From positions 1 to 50,167 of the forward strand of contig JBHLOI010000024.1 of NCBI GenBank assembly GCA_048940645.1: a DNA stretch of 50,167 nt. Reading direction: 5' to 3'. The stretch is from Promethearchaeota archaeon (GTDB lineage Archaea; Asgardarchaeota; Lokiarchaeia; Sigyniarchaeales; SOKP01). Made by a program: the position numbers and the translations under genes. The notes below the pieces were generated by a model. It was not told where the DNA came from. It ran no database searches and saw only the letters and a list, made by a program, of their open reading frames with translations. Shown here in pieces: positions 39,503 to 49,746 of the stretch. Each line of letters starts with the position of its first letter. Position 1 is the stretch's first letter.

Positions 39503-40339
39503 ATGACTAAGAAAGAAGAAATTATCGGTTCATATAAAATATCTAAATTCCCTAAAGATAGAATTCCTACTCTAGATTTTCTTGCAGTTGGAGACAATAA
39601 ACATTATGTAAAGGGATTAATTGAAGTTGATGTTACCAATGGACAGCAAATCATTAATAATTATGAAAAAGAGACTACTATAAAGATCTCTTTTACTGCT
39701 TGGTTATTAAAGTGTATAGGAAAGGCAGCAAGTGAATACAAAGAAGTTCACTCACTTATGAAGGGTAAAAAGAATATCATATCTTTTGATGATGTTGATA
39801 TCTCTGTTCCTGTTGAAAGGTTAGCTAAAGGATTGAAAGTTGTGATACCGCTAGTAATAAGAAAAACAAATATAAAAACTGTCAAAGAAATTCATGAAGA
39901 AATTAGATCAGCACAATTAGAGAAAGTTGAAGGAGCTACTGTCCTTGGAGAGAATCCACTTAAAAGACGGGTTAAATTTTATACGAAACTTCCGAAATCA
40001 ATAAGGAGATTTTTAATAAAAAAGTTATTGAAAAATCCCTTAAGAGTTAAGAAAATAATGGGTACAATTATAGTAACCGCAGTTGGAATGTTTGGAAAAC
40101 TCTATGGATGGCCAATTCCGACTACTACTCATCCACTAGCATTCGCGATTGGCGGAATTACAAAAAAGCCGGGAGTTATAAATGATAAAATTGAGATTAG
40201 AGAATATTTAACCATTACTGTTTTAGTTAATCACGATGTAGTAGATGGTGCTCCTGCTACTCGTTTTATTAATAGACTAAAAGAATTAATTGAATCAGGT
40301 TATGGATTAACGGAATTAGAAAAGAATGTTTTCAGATGA
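39503..40339 (+). CDS. 2-oxoacid dehydrogenase E2-type acyltransferase, catalytic domain only
   Basis: NHDVVDGAPATRF active-site motif; no lipoyl domain. Confidence 0.85.
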   Translation: MTKKEEIIGSYKISKFPKDRIPTLDFLAVGDNKHYVKGLIEVDVTNGQQIINNYEKETTIKISFTAWLLKCIGKAASEYKEVHSLMKGKKNIISFDDVDISVPVERLAKGLKVVIPLVIRKTNIKTVKEIHEEIRSAQLEKVEGATVLGENPLKRRVKFYTKLPKSIRRFLIKKLLKNPLRVKKIMGTIIVTAVGMFGKLYGWPIPTTTHPLAFAIGGITKKPGVINDKIEIREYLTITVLVNHDVVDGAPATRFINRLKELIESGYGLTELEKNVFR

Positions 40340-40351
40340 ATTTAACAAAAT

Positions 40352-41029
40352 TTAAAGCGAATAAGGTTTACCCCTTACTTTTTTTGTACCATATTTGCGT
40401 GCTTGTAATCTCCAACCTAAGTTAACAAATATATTATAGAGAGAATTTGGTATAAATCTCTTTGAAAATAAGTTGACCGCTTCTTGAGGGACTTCTTTAC
40501 CAGCCACTAAAGCTTGAGCTGTAATATCTAATCCTTTTACGACATTTCTGACCATACCTCCTCTTTCAAGTAGAGGTACTCCACCAATTGAGCCTCCCTG
40601 ACCAAGAGCAAGCCCACCCTTCCATATAAAGCCACAATCTTCGGCAAAAATTCTACAAATGCGAAGTGCGGTATGATTTTGGTAAAATTCAGGGAAACCA
40701 TTATTAGAAATAGCAATGAAATTTTTAGATTTTTTAGATTCTAATCGATCTCTTTCTTCTTTAATAAGTTCCATTGCTTTAACAACGGGAGCTGGTAAAC
40801 TATCAACATATAAAGGAAATGAAAGGATAATTAAATCTGCCCTATTAATCATTTCAAAAAGACTTTGAATTTTTTCTTCTCGATTTACAAGCCTATGGAT
40901 AAATCCTTTCTCAATAATCATCCCAAACTCTTCTAATTTTGAGACTAAATAATTTCCTAGAGATGCTGAAGTACTTTTTTCTCCTTTTGGGCTACCGACT
41001 AATAAGAGTGCTTTTTTATCTGTGCTCAT
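40352..41029 (-). CDS. Flavodoxin-fold NAD(P)H-dependent oxidoreductase
   Basis: GSPK..STS, FPLYVDSLP, NNGFPE. Confidence 0.8.
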   Translation of the reverse strand: MSTDKKALLLVGSPKGEKSTSASLGNYLVSKLEEFGMIIEKGFIHRLVNREEKIQSLFEMINRADLIILSFPLYVDSLPAPVVKAMELIKEERDRLESKKSKNFIAISNNGFPEFYQNHTALRICRIFAEDCGFIWKGGLALGQGGSIGGVPLLERGGMVRNVVKGLDITAQALVAGKEVPQEAVNLFSKRFIPNSLYNIFVNLGWRLQARKYGTKKVRGKPYSL

Positions 41030-41625
41030 GCCAGGACCTCCAATTTTTCTAATATATTGGCAAATTCATTAATAAAATCATTTTTGTTAAGGTTCTTAGT
41101 ATATATTATAGCTTCATGAACAGGGGCACCCATATTGAGCGAATTACGATAAACTAATTCTTTAAATACAGATTCTTTTTCCTCATTGGGTGTATCTAAG
41201 ACTCCAACTGCAATAATCGAGCTTCTTTTTTCATAGCGATACTTATGATGAGTTTCTCCATTTCTTTTTGTAAAGAACGGTAGTATATCTGGAATAAACC
41301 TATCTAATACTTTTTTCAACTCCGAAGAATATCCTCCAAATGTAATAGGAGTAAAATGTATAATTAGATTACTCTGAACCATCTTTTTAGTGACCTCTCG
41401 ACCGTAATCTACTATTTTGCATTCCCCTGGTGTCTTTAACCAGCAATCAAAAAGGCCTTGACAGGCAGCAATTTTAAAATCTTTTAATAAGATTTGTTCT
41501 ACCTCAAATCCATCTCTTTCAAGTAATTCTACTATTAAAGAACATATTGTACTGAAATCATGATCATTCTTTAAACTTCCATTTAATAGAAGCGCTTTCA
41601 TTTCATTATAACCTTTTAACAGCAA
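41026..41625 (-). CDS. Flavodoxin/iron-sulfur-flavoprotein-like protein
   Basis: LLNGS, CQGLFDCW.KTPG.C, TPITFGGYSSELKK.LDR; likely start at MKALLL. Confidence 0.8.
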   Translation of the reverse strand: MLLKGYNEMKALLLNGSLKNDHDFSTICSLIVELLERDGFEVEQILLKDFKIAACQGLFDCWLKTPGECKIVDYGREVTKKMVQSNLIIHFTPITFGGYSSELKKVLDRFIPDILPFFTKRNGETHHKYRYEKRSSIIAVGVLDTPNEEKESVFKELVYRNSLNMGAPVHEAIIYTKNLNKNDFINEFANILEKLEVLA

Positions 41626-41679
41626 TATTTTTGTATTAATTAAGAATTAAAATTAAGAAGAGTCTTTTTAAATTATAAG

Positions 41680-41726
41680 TGCTAAATTTGCATCTCTTTT
41701 CAAAAAAGAAAAATGCTAAAATTGCA
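41680..41726. promoter_or_regulatory. Two TGCTAAAWTTGCA sites in a divergent promoter
   Basis: 41680-41692 and 41714-41726; third copy at 49832-49844. Confidence 0.6.
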
Positions 41727-41789
41727 TTTTCTTTTTTATATAAATTAAAAATACTTATATCAATTTAAAAAATTTAGTGAAGTCGTATC

Positions 41790-42575
41790 ATGAATGTAAT
41801 AAAAAACCATCCATTGACTAGTTTCTTTATCATAGCTTATATCTTAACGTGGATTTTTACTTTACCCTTCATTCTAACAGGTTTAGGGTTAATATCAGTA
41901 GATTTGAATTGGCACTTTTTAGGTGCATTAGGTCCTACTCTTTCAGCTATAATAGTGGTTTATTTAGCTAAAGGAAGAATTGGATTAAAAGAACTCAAAG
42001 AAAGATGTCTTAAGTGGAAAGTTGGACTTTTTTGGGTTATTTTTTCGGCCTTTATAATGCCTTTCTTCCTTATTCTAACAATTTTATTGAACTTCCTTTT
42101 TACAGGAAATATAATTGATTTGACTGCATACATGATTAACAACGGATTAGTAGATATAGGTTCAATTTTGTTATGGATTTGGGTTGGTGCGATTTCTTAT
42201 GGCACCTTTGAAGAAATTGGATGGAGGGGTTACGCATTACCTAAATTACAAGAAAAATATAACCCTTTAATCGCAACGCTTATATTATTCCTTGGTTGGA
42301 GTCTTTGGCATGCACCTTTCTTCTTTTATAGATTTTCTATAACTATACTTTTTGGATGGCTCTTTGGTCTATTCATGGGTGCAATTCTTATGACATTTAT
42401 TTACAATAGTTCAGGAGGGAGTGCCTTAATGGCAATTATATTCCACATTTCCAATAATATTGTCTGGTTATTTAATATCGCTGAAATTCAAATGTATATT
42501 TCTATTATGATGTCGATTTTGGTTGTATTTATATTAATAATCTGGAGAAAAACACTTTCCACAAAAAAAAATTGA
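41790..42575 (+). CDS. CPBP (CAAX/Abi) intramembrane metalloprotease
   Basis: EEIGWRGY, WSLWH, AIIFH..NN. Confidence 0.92.
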   Translation: MNVIKNHPLTSFFIIAYILTWIFTLPFILTGLGLISVDLNWHFLGALGPTLSAIIVVYLAKGRIGLKELKERCLKWKVGLFWVIFSAFIMPFFLILTILLNFLFTGNIIDLTAYMINNGLVDIGSILLWIWVGAISYGTFEEIGWRGYALPKLQEKYNPLIATLILFLGWSLWHAPFFFYRFSITILFGWLFGLFMGAILMTFIYNSSGGSALMAIIFHISNNIVWLFNIAEIQMYISIMMSILVVFILIIWRKTLSTKKN

Positions 42576-42625
42576 GAATTTAAAATGATTTAGAAATTTA
42601 TCTAACTTTAGATGTAGAATATATT

Positions 42626-43519
42626 TTAATCGGAAGCATTACTTTTAATTAACTTATCAATCCAGTTCTCGAAATAAAACATTTTAGTAGGCACAAAACT
42701 GATTACTTCTTTAACATATGGAATTTTTTCAATTTCCTTCACTTGCTCATCAATTTCTCTTAACTTATTTATAAATACAGTGAATATGAATGCTTCTTGA
42801 TTAGCAACTCTCCACACGTAAAAATAATTTTTTACTATTTTCATAACTTCGCTATAAGATTCAGACGCAATTCTTTGAAATTTAACAATTAATAGGTAAG
42901 AGAGGAAGTCGGCTGCGCTTGTATCAAGGTCGATCATGAAAAGAATAATGTTATTTTCCCTCAGATAGCTTAACCTTCTTTTGACAGTTTTAGTTGAGAT
43001 TCCTAACTCATTTGAGATTTCTTTATCGGTTCTTCTGCAGTTATCTTTAATAGAATTAATTATTTTCCAATCTGTTTTGATCAATCTTTTATTTTTAAAG
43101 TCAAGGTCTGGAGGAATGAGTAAGATAAAGTTTTCGGTGTTTTGGATATCTTCAAATTCCATCAATTTTTCAAGATTTTTTTTGAATTCATAATCATCAG
43201 AGTATATATGAATAATCTGCATCCTATTTTGGAGAGAAATAGCCCCTCCGCTAACTTCATCTAGTTGTCCAATACGTTCAATTAATTCTTGTTGATCTGT
43301 ACCTTGTTTTACCTCAGCAAGAGTATAACACACAGATTTTTGAAACATTAAAAAATTGAGATTGGTTGTAAATTTCATTATTACTCCCAGATCCACAAGA
43401 TTATTAATCCTTTTTTTGACTAAGTAGGGAGTTAACTCAACTTTCTTCGCAATTAATTCATAAGGCATTCTTCCATCAAAAAGCAGCAATTTTAGAATTT
43501 CTAAGTCTTTATGGTCCAT
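42626..43519 (-). CDS. Tandem (double) Lrp/AsnC family regulator
   Basis: Two units: D..IL..L..DGR.....IA..V....VKKRI and DWKII.......R....ISNELG....TVKRRL. Confidence 0.85.
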   Translation of the reverse strand: MDHKDLEILKLLLFDGRMPYELIAKKVELTPYLVKKRINNLVDLGVIMKFTTNLNFLMFQKSVCYTLAEVKQGTDQQELIERIGQLDEVSGGAISLQNRMQIIHIYSDDYEFKKNLEKLMEFEDIQNTENFILLIPPDLDFKNKRLIKTDWKIINSIKDNCRRTDKEISNELGISTKTVKRRLSYLRENNIILFMIDLDTSAADFLSYLLIVKFQRIASESYSEVMKIVKNYFYVWRVANQEAFIFTVFINKLREIDEQVKEIEKIPYVKEVISFVPTKMFYFENWIDKLIKSNASD

Positions 43520-43740
43520 TTTAAAGTGAGTAACAATTTCTTTTATACTAATTAATGTCCGATTTCCTTATTTATTTTTATGAAACTGTACAGTTTTCAA
43601 AAAAAAATTGTCCAGTTGATAGGATTGAAATCGCCACACTCTTTAAATATTTCAAATATTTCTTAATGTATGAGAAAAACTGAGTAGTGATAGTCTGTTT
43701 TTCTTAATAAATTACAAATAATTAAAAGGAGGTAAAAAGT

Positions 43741-44403
43741 GTGAAAGAAATAATAATGTTGCATCAAAGTAAAAACTCAAGTTGGTATAAACCTTGGGAT
43801 AAACGATCCATGGGTTTAAATATCATCGGTTTCATGAGTATAGCTGTTTTAACAGCTGTATTTACCGTGTTTTTTGATATTATAATGATAGAAATAGGGT
43901 ATATTTATTTGTATTTTGTTATGGTTTTTCTGATGATGGTAACGTATTTTTTCTGTATTTATTTGAAGACAAAGGGTACAGCTCTTTTCTTTTTCGGATT
44001 ATGTGGAATTATCGGAATTCCGATTGAACTTATAATAGAATGGCAGATAGAGAATACGTTAAAGTCTCCATGGGGTTCTGTATATTGGGCTTTAATTTAT
44101 ATTGCATATGGATTGTCTATAGATCTATCATTATGGTTATTAAAACCTGCTAAAAATGAGAGAAAAGCAGTTTTATTTTCCTCTCTAATCTCTTCAGTCT
44201 GCTTTGTCCTGCTAAGTATTGTATCTGGATCTTTTTACAAATCTGGATTTTCTGTTCCAGGTGTTGATGATTTTCTTACATACGGCTACTTTTTGATACC
44301 ATATTCAATCATTCAGGGAGTGATGGGGGGGTTTATAGGTTGGTATATTGCGAATTCTATACTTAAAAATAGAATTCAGAAGGAAAATTTAATTATGAAA
44401 TAA
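43741..44403 (+). CDS. Membrane protein (about 6 TM; possibly ECF S-component-like)
   Basis: Hydrophobic pattern; size consistent. Confidence 0.6.
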   Translation: MKEIIMLHQSKNSSWYKPWDKRSMGLNIIGFMSIAVLTAVFTVFFDIIMIEIGYIYLYFVMVFLMMVTYFFCIYLKTKGTALFFFGLCGIIGIPIELIIEWQIENTLKSPWGSVYWALIYIAYGLSIDLSLWLLKPAKNERKAVLFSSLISSVCFVLLSIVSGSFYKSGFSVPGVDDFLTYGYFLIPYSIIQGVMGGFIGWYIANSILKNRIQKENLIMK

Positions 44404-44407
44404 AAAA

Positions 44408-44644
44408 ATGGTGATAAATATAATGAGTGAATTAAGACTAGAATTTGATGAAGCTTTGGAGTTATGTGAGCAAATTCGCGCAAAGAATAAGAAAAAATCG
44501 ATTTCTTTTAATAAATTATGGTGTTGGGGCTGTGCAAAGTTCACTAAAGTTCCTGAGAAGAGATGCTTCGCAAATGCTGAAGATGGAAGCAATACGGGAT
44601 GTGTTCAAATTAATAAATTATATAAAAAGCTGAAAAACCAATAA
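44408..44644 (+). CDS. Small Cys-rich hypothetical protein
   Basis: C..CWGC..C..GC.QIN. Confidence 0.6.
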   Translation: MVINIMSELRLEFDEALELCEQIRAKNKKKSISFNKLWCWGCAKFTKVPEKRCFANAEDGSNTGCVQINKLYKKLKNQ

Positions 44645-44759
44645 TATTTTTTTTGTTTTTTTTTTTGGCATTATTAAATAATCGACTTTTAGACATAATT
44701 TTAGAATCTACAAAATTTTAAAAGATGAATTCTTTTAATAAAAAATTAATGTGATATAA

Positions 44760-45092
44760 ATGAAGTTAAACAGGTTAAAATCAGTAGTGAACCAGGTAAT
44801 AAGAGAATCGTCTGGTGATTCACAAGGATATATGGTGGATCCATTTTATCATTATACTCCTGAAAATGAGCTAATAATTGATTTAAAAACGGGCAAATTC
44901 ACACCTGAATTGGAGGGAGATGATGTGGAGAGGTATTATAAATCTATTATCGATTGGTTTCATAATGTATTACCAAAAGAAGGTATCCCAATTGACGTTA
45001 TAGATAAGGCAGTTTTAAAAATAACTCCTCAAGGTAAAGAGTGTATTATTGAAGCTCAAGGACGTAAATTTTCTTCTTTTTTAAAATTTTAA
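44760..45092 (+). CDS. Hypothetical protein
   Basis: 110-aa ORF with plausible composition. Confidence 0.6.
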   Translation: MKLNRLKSVVNQVIRESSGDSQGYMVDPFYHYTPENELIIDLKTGKFTPELEGDDVERYYKSIIDWFHNVLPKEGIPIDVIDKAVLKITPQGKECIIEAQGRKFSSFLKF

Positions 45093-45289
45093 CATTAAAT
45101 TTTCATACTTTACCCAAGGATTCTCTTAGCTCCTTCAATATGGTATTTTCTAATTAATCATGTTTAATATAGAAACTATAACTTATGTTTGGTTTTTATT
45201 TTATAATTAATGGTAAAAAAAATTAAATAAAATATTACAGAAAGTTTCTAAAACCCACGTTTTAATTCTTTGAATATAACAGAAGTAGA

Positions 45290-46120
45290 GTGATATTAAT
45301 TATTAAAGATAAAGTTATTTTAATCACAGGGTCTACAGATGGCATAGGATATCAAACAGCAATAGAGCTTGTTAAATCTGGTTATCATGTAATTGTACAT
45401 GGAAGAAATCGGGAAAAAGCGCAATTAACAACCCAAAGAATTCAAAAGATAACTAATAAAAATAAAGTAAATAGCGTCTATGCTGATCTTAATTCTTTTA
45501 ATGAAATAAAAGAAATGGTCAATGATATTTATGATCATTTTGATAGATTGGATGTATTAATTAATAATGCTGGAGTTTATAAATCAAAACGGCAAATAAA
45601 TCAAGAAGGATTAGAAGAAACTTTTGCCATAAATTATATAGCCCCATTTCTCCTCACTAATCTTTTAATCGATTTATTGAGAAAAGCAGAATCAAGTAGA
45701 ATAGTTAATGTAGCTTCGCGAGTCCAATCAAACCATTTGGATATCAATGATCTTCAATTTAAAAAGGACTATACTGGAGTAAAAGCTTATGCTAGATCAA
45801 AAACAGCTCTTATATTATTTACTTATTTCCTCGCAAATAAATTGGAAAATACAGATATAACTGTAAATTGTCTTCATCCAGGAGTGATAAATACAAAATT
45901 ATTGAGATCTGCTTATGGATCAGGTGGCGCTTCATTATTAGACGGTGCTAAGACCTTAATTTTTGCTGCTCTAGCACCACAACTAGAAACAGTAACTGGA
46001 AAATATTTTGTAAATAATCACCAAGCACCCTCGAAAGATATTACGTACAATAATGAGATTCAGAAAAGACTCTGGAAGAAAACAGAAGATATTTTAGGGA
46101 TAGAATTTGGAAATTTTTAA
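45290..46120 (+). CDS. Short-chain dehydrogenase/reductase (retinol-DH/WWOX-like)
   Basis: TGSTDGIG, NNAG, YARSK, HPG. Confidence 0.93.
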   Translation: MILIIKDKVILITGSTDGIGYQTAIELVKSGYHVIVHGRNREKAQLTTQRIQKITNKNKVNSVYADLNSFNEIKEMVNDIYDHFDRLDVLINNAGVYKSKRQINQEGLEETFAINYIAPFLLTNLLIDLLRKAESSRIVNVASRVQSNHLDINDLQFKKDYTGVKAYARSKTALILFTYFLANKLENTDITVNCLHPGVINTKLLRSAYGSGGASLLDGAKTLIFAALAPQLETVTGKYFVNNHQAPSKDITYNNEIQKRLWKKTEDILGIEFGNF

Positions 46121-46420
46121 GTGAAAACACTTTACTTTAATCCTAGAATCAGAATTATGTTCAAATTCTAGAATCTTCTAAAAATAAAGAGTTAAATTAA
46201 TTTTGGGAATTTTATATGTTTAAAATCGAATCTAAAATTGAAATTTAGTCATAAGATGGAACTAAAAATAGCTAATTCGTTCGAAATTCCTACATTCAGT
46301 AAATCTTATAAACTATTTAGACATTTCTAATATTTAAGAAGACATCAAAATTTAAGTAATAAAAACAAATAAAATGATAAAGTTATCTAAAAATTCGGAA
46401 ACGGAGGTAAACTTTGTTTA

Positions 46421-46654
46421 ATGATAAATCAAAAATTAGAGTACGGGTTCAAAATAACTGATTTTGGTGAGATTAATAATGATAGTCTTAATGATTTCGG
46501 TTTCTCTCTAAAGGAATTTTTCTCAAAGAAAGAAAATTCTGTATATGACTCTTTTTTAATTAAAAGTTTTGAATTTAAGAAACATGGTAGGAATGGTAAT
46601 TCTTTTCTTCTAGAATTTGAAAAATTGTTAGAAAATTTTATTGCTAGCGTTTAA
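46421..46654 (+). CDS. Small hypothetical protein
   Basis: 77-aa ORF with upstream GGAGGT. Confidence 0.4.
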   Translation: MINQKLEYGFKITDFGEINNDSLNDFGFSLKEFFSKKENSVYDSFLIKSFEFKKHGRNGNSFLLEFEKLLENFIASV

Positions 46655-46720
46655 TATTGACGAAAAAGTACTTAAAAATAAATATTTAATTCCTAAAATT
46701 AAAATAGAGAGGCATTTAAA

Positions 46721-46807
46721 ATGTATTGTCCGAACTGTAAGGCGGAGCTTAATGATATTAATTTTTTTAATTTAAAATCAATTGATAAAATTTTAAGATT
46801 TAATTAA
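46721..46807 (+). pseudogene. Truncated zinc-ribbon gene start
   Basis: GAGAGG RBS then MYCPNCKAEL...; second CxxC knuckle absent. Confidence 0.45.
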
Positions 46808-46816
46808 TAGGCTCTT

Positions 46817-48112
46817 TTATAACGTAAAGATTTTATTTAAATCTTTTCTAAGTTGATCACGAAAATTAGGATGGGCAATATTAATCAAAGCGTTTGCTCG
46901 TTGACGTATTGTGTTCCCACGTAAATTTACAATACCATATTCAGTCACTACATAGTGCACGTCATTACGTGAGGTTGTTACACATGCTCCTTCATTCAAT
47001 TTAGTAACTATTCGACTTATTGTCCCCTTTTTATTTGATGAGGGAAGAGCAATAATAGATTTACCTCCAGGAGATAAACTAGATGCTCGAACAAAATCTA
47101 CTTGACCACCAACACCTGAATATTGTTGATACCCCAGTGTATCCGCACATACCTGGCCAAATAAGTCAACTTCGAGGGCAGAATTAATTGAAATTAGATT
47201 TTTGACTTTACCAGCTATCATAACATTATTGGTGTAATCAACAGTATGCATTTCAACATTAGGGTTATTATCAACAAATTGGTAAAGTTTCTTAGTACCC
47301 ATTAAAAAGGTAGCGATAAATTTACCGGGATGTAAGTTATTATATTTATTTGTAATAACTCCTTTTTCATATAATTCCACTACTCCATCAGAAAACATTT
47401 CGGTATGAATTCCTAAATCTTTTTTTTCTTGAAGAAACTTTAACGCAGCATCAGGAATTCCACCAATGCCTAATTGAAGATTTGCCTTATCTGGGATTAA
47501 TGAAGCGATATTACGGCCGATCTTTTCTTCAACATCCGTAATTTTTGGAAGAGGGATTTCTATTAAGGACCTGTCAGTCTCAACGATGTAATCGATGTCT
47601 GAGATATGGATATTCGCACCCTTGGTTCTAGGCATTTGCCTATTTACTTCAGCAATGACAATTTTCGAAGATTTAGTAGCTTGCACGGTATAATCCACAG
47701 ATACGCCATAACTCATGAAACCTTCTTCGTCTGGTGGGGAAAGTTGAATAAGCGCGACATCTACAGCTAAAATGTTGTCTCTAAAAAGGCGCGGAATTTC
47801 AGAAAAATATGTTGGAGTATAATCAGCTCTTCCTTCACTTATTGCTTGTCGTGTTCCCGCTCCTGCAAATAAAGAGTTATGGCGAAAATGTGGTTTCATT
47901 TCAGGTAAGCAATATTGACATTCTCTAAGAGGGACCATATGAACGATTTCGACATTTTGGAGGCGATCTTTTTGTCTTACAAGTTCATCTACTAAAACAA
48001 TTGGTTCCCCAGCTGCATGTCCAAATACTACTCTATTTCCAGATTCTATATTCAAGATTGCCTCCTCTTCTGAGCTACATTTTTGAGAATAATCATCTTT
48101 CCAATCTTTCAT
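46817..48112 (-). CDS. Acetyl-CoA hydrolase/4-hydroxybutyrate CoA-transferase family protein
   Basis: LQLGIGGIP, HTEMFSDG, GVGGQVDF, VVTEYG, IAHPNFR. Confidence 0.93.
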   Translation of the reverse strand: MKDWKDDYSQKCSSEEEAILNIESGNRVVFGHAAGEPIVLVDELVRQKDRLQNVEIVHMVPLRECQYCLPEMKPHFRHNSLFAGAGTRQAISEGRADYTPTYFSEIPRLFRDNILAVDVALIQLSPPDEEGFMSYGVSVDYTVQATKSSKIVIAEVNRQMPRTKGANIHISDIDYIVETDRSLIEIPLPKITDVEEKIGRNIASLIPDKANLQLGIGGIPDAALKFLQEKKDLGIHTEMFSDGVVELYEKGVITNKYNNLHPGKFIATFLMGTKKLYQFVDNNPNVEMHTVDYTNNVMIAGKVKNLISINSALEVDLFGQVCADTLGYQQYSGVGGQVDFVRASSLSPGGKSIIALPSSNKKGTISRIVTKLNEGACVTTSRNDVHYVVTEYGIVNLRGNTIRQRANALINIAHPNFRDQLRKDLNKIFTL

Positions 48113-48162
48113 ACTAATTACACCATATACTTATAAAAATTGTATCACCTAATCATAAACTA

Positions 48163-48972
48163 TTATCTTTTTAAAAATTCGATCACTTTCTGGGTCCAAA
48201 GCTTATATTCTTGAATAATCAAACCATGGCCCGTATTCTTAAATAACATTAATTCGGCGTTAGGAATGCTTTCAGCCAGAATTTTAGCATTCTCAGCTGG
48301 TAATATTCTATCCTCTGTTCCATGTAAAATTAAAGTTGGAATATTTATCTCTGATAACCTATCATAAGTTTCAAATGTATCAACGTATGCTGATTGGCCT
48401 TCAAAACCTTTGGGGGTTGGAGGATGAGCCATATAATTTTCGACTACTTTTTCAATAATGTGAGGATTTCTTTTTTTATAATCCTCAGGAAATAAAGAAT
48501 TAGTGAGTATTCGGGCCATTTCTTCGAATTTACCCTCCTTCATAAGAGGTAGCATCTTTGGGAATGGGTTTTCTTCGGGGATAGGAGTAACAATCCCATG
48601 AGAAGGACCACACCAAGAAGAGGTGAGTATCAATTTAGTCACTCTATTAGGGTAATTAAGTACTAATTCTTGGGCTATACAACCTCCCATCGAGAACCCT
48701 AATAAAAAAGTTTTGCTAAGATCCAAAGCATTCATTAAACCAATAGTGTCATCAGCCATCATTTTAGCATTATAATTTCCATCTGGGATATCAGTTCTCC
48801 CTGCACCTCTATTATCAAATAATACTGTTTTAAAAGATTTGGAAAATTGCTCAATACTATACGGTGGCCAACTATCTAATGAGCTGCTAAGTCCACGAAT
48901 CAAAATAAAAGGATTTCCATCCCCATGAACTTTATAATAAATATTAATATTATTAACTTGAACTTTTGGCAA
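48163..48972 (-). CDS. Alpha/beta hydrolase (paralog of 26059..26862)
   Basis: DNRGAGRT, GFSMGG, HGTED, GH. Confidence 0.92.
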   Translation of the reverse strand: MPKVQVNNINIYYKVHGDGNPFILIRGLSSSLDSWPPYSIEQFSKSFKTVLFDNRGAGRTDIPDGNYNAKMMADDTIGLMNALDLSKTFLLGFSMGGCIAQELVLNYPNRVTKLILTSSWCGPSHGIVTPIPEENPFPKMLPLMKEGKFEEMARILTNSLFPEDYKKRNPHIIEKVVENYMAHPPTPKGFEGQSAYVDTFETYDRLSEINIPTLILHGTEDRILPAENAKILAESIPNAELMLFKNTGHGLIIQEYKLWTQKVIEFLKR

Positions 48973-49128
48973 TTAATTTTTCACAAAAGAGCTTGTTGCT
49001 ATTTTTTTATTTATAAGGCTTTAATACAATTATTTTTAAAAATTTTTTGTTATACCCTCTAAATAAAATTTTTGATGGCTATTTTTACGATTATTGTTTA
49101 ATACGACATATTAAAAAGATAAAATTGT

Positions 49129-49746
49129 TTATTTGTCTCGAACGCCTATTTTTTCACCGATTGGACATGTATATTTTGCGTGACAGTGTAAACATGCTAT
49201 TTTAGGGAAAATAACAAAGAATCGAAATACCAACAAACCTAAGACAATCAGAAACATAACTAATAGAAGTAAAGAGAAATTTAAAATTAAAGCGGGGACT
49301 GAAGCCACGATTGGGAAGAATAAAGCAGCCATATAGATATTATTATAGCAAAATAACCCCTCAGCCCTTTTTGGAAAATCTTCCGGATTCCCTTCCTTTG
49401 CTAATTTTCTTGAGATTTTATTTAAACCAGATACACAACATGAATCTTCCATTCTGTAATACACACAATTTGGGCACACACTCAATGGCATAAGTACGTA
49501 CATCTGCAGAAAGGCAAAAATAATATAAATTGAACCAATTAAATACCCCAACCATAAAAATGTATACCCTATAATTAATCCTATTCCTCCTATTATATAA
49601 TGTAGAACCGTTGAAAACTCATAAATAAATACTCGAAAAAATGAATAGCTTTGATACAACTTAGCTCTTTGTCTGGATTTTTTAATTTCTGACGAGGATC
49701 CATAAATTTTTTCACTCATGTAATTAATCAACCTACTTTCTAGCAA
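49129..49746 (-). CDS. Membrane protein with Cys clusters
   Basis: 4 TM segments with CPNC.YY..CC and CLHC....CP. Confidence 0.7.
   Translation of the reverse strand: MLESRLINYMSEKIYGSSSEIKKSRQRAKLYQSYSFFRVFIYEFSTVLHYIIGGIGLIIGYTFLWLGYLIGSIYIIFAFLQMYVLMPLSVCPNCVYYRMEDSCCVSGLNKISRKLAKEGNPEDFPKRAEGLFCYNNIYMAALFFPIVASVPALILNFSLLLLVMFLIVLGLLVFRFFVIFPKIACLHCHAKYTCPIGEKIGVRDK

Noticed and set aside
1176-49493. Many short ORFs antisense to or overlapping longer genes (e.g. 1176, 1600, 2420, 7438, 10910, 17158, 22942, 25155, 26340, 44445, 49311)
   Set aside because: They lie within well-supported genes and show no recognisable motifs.
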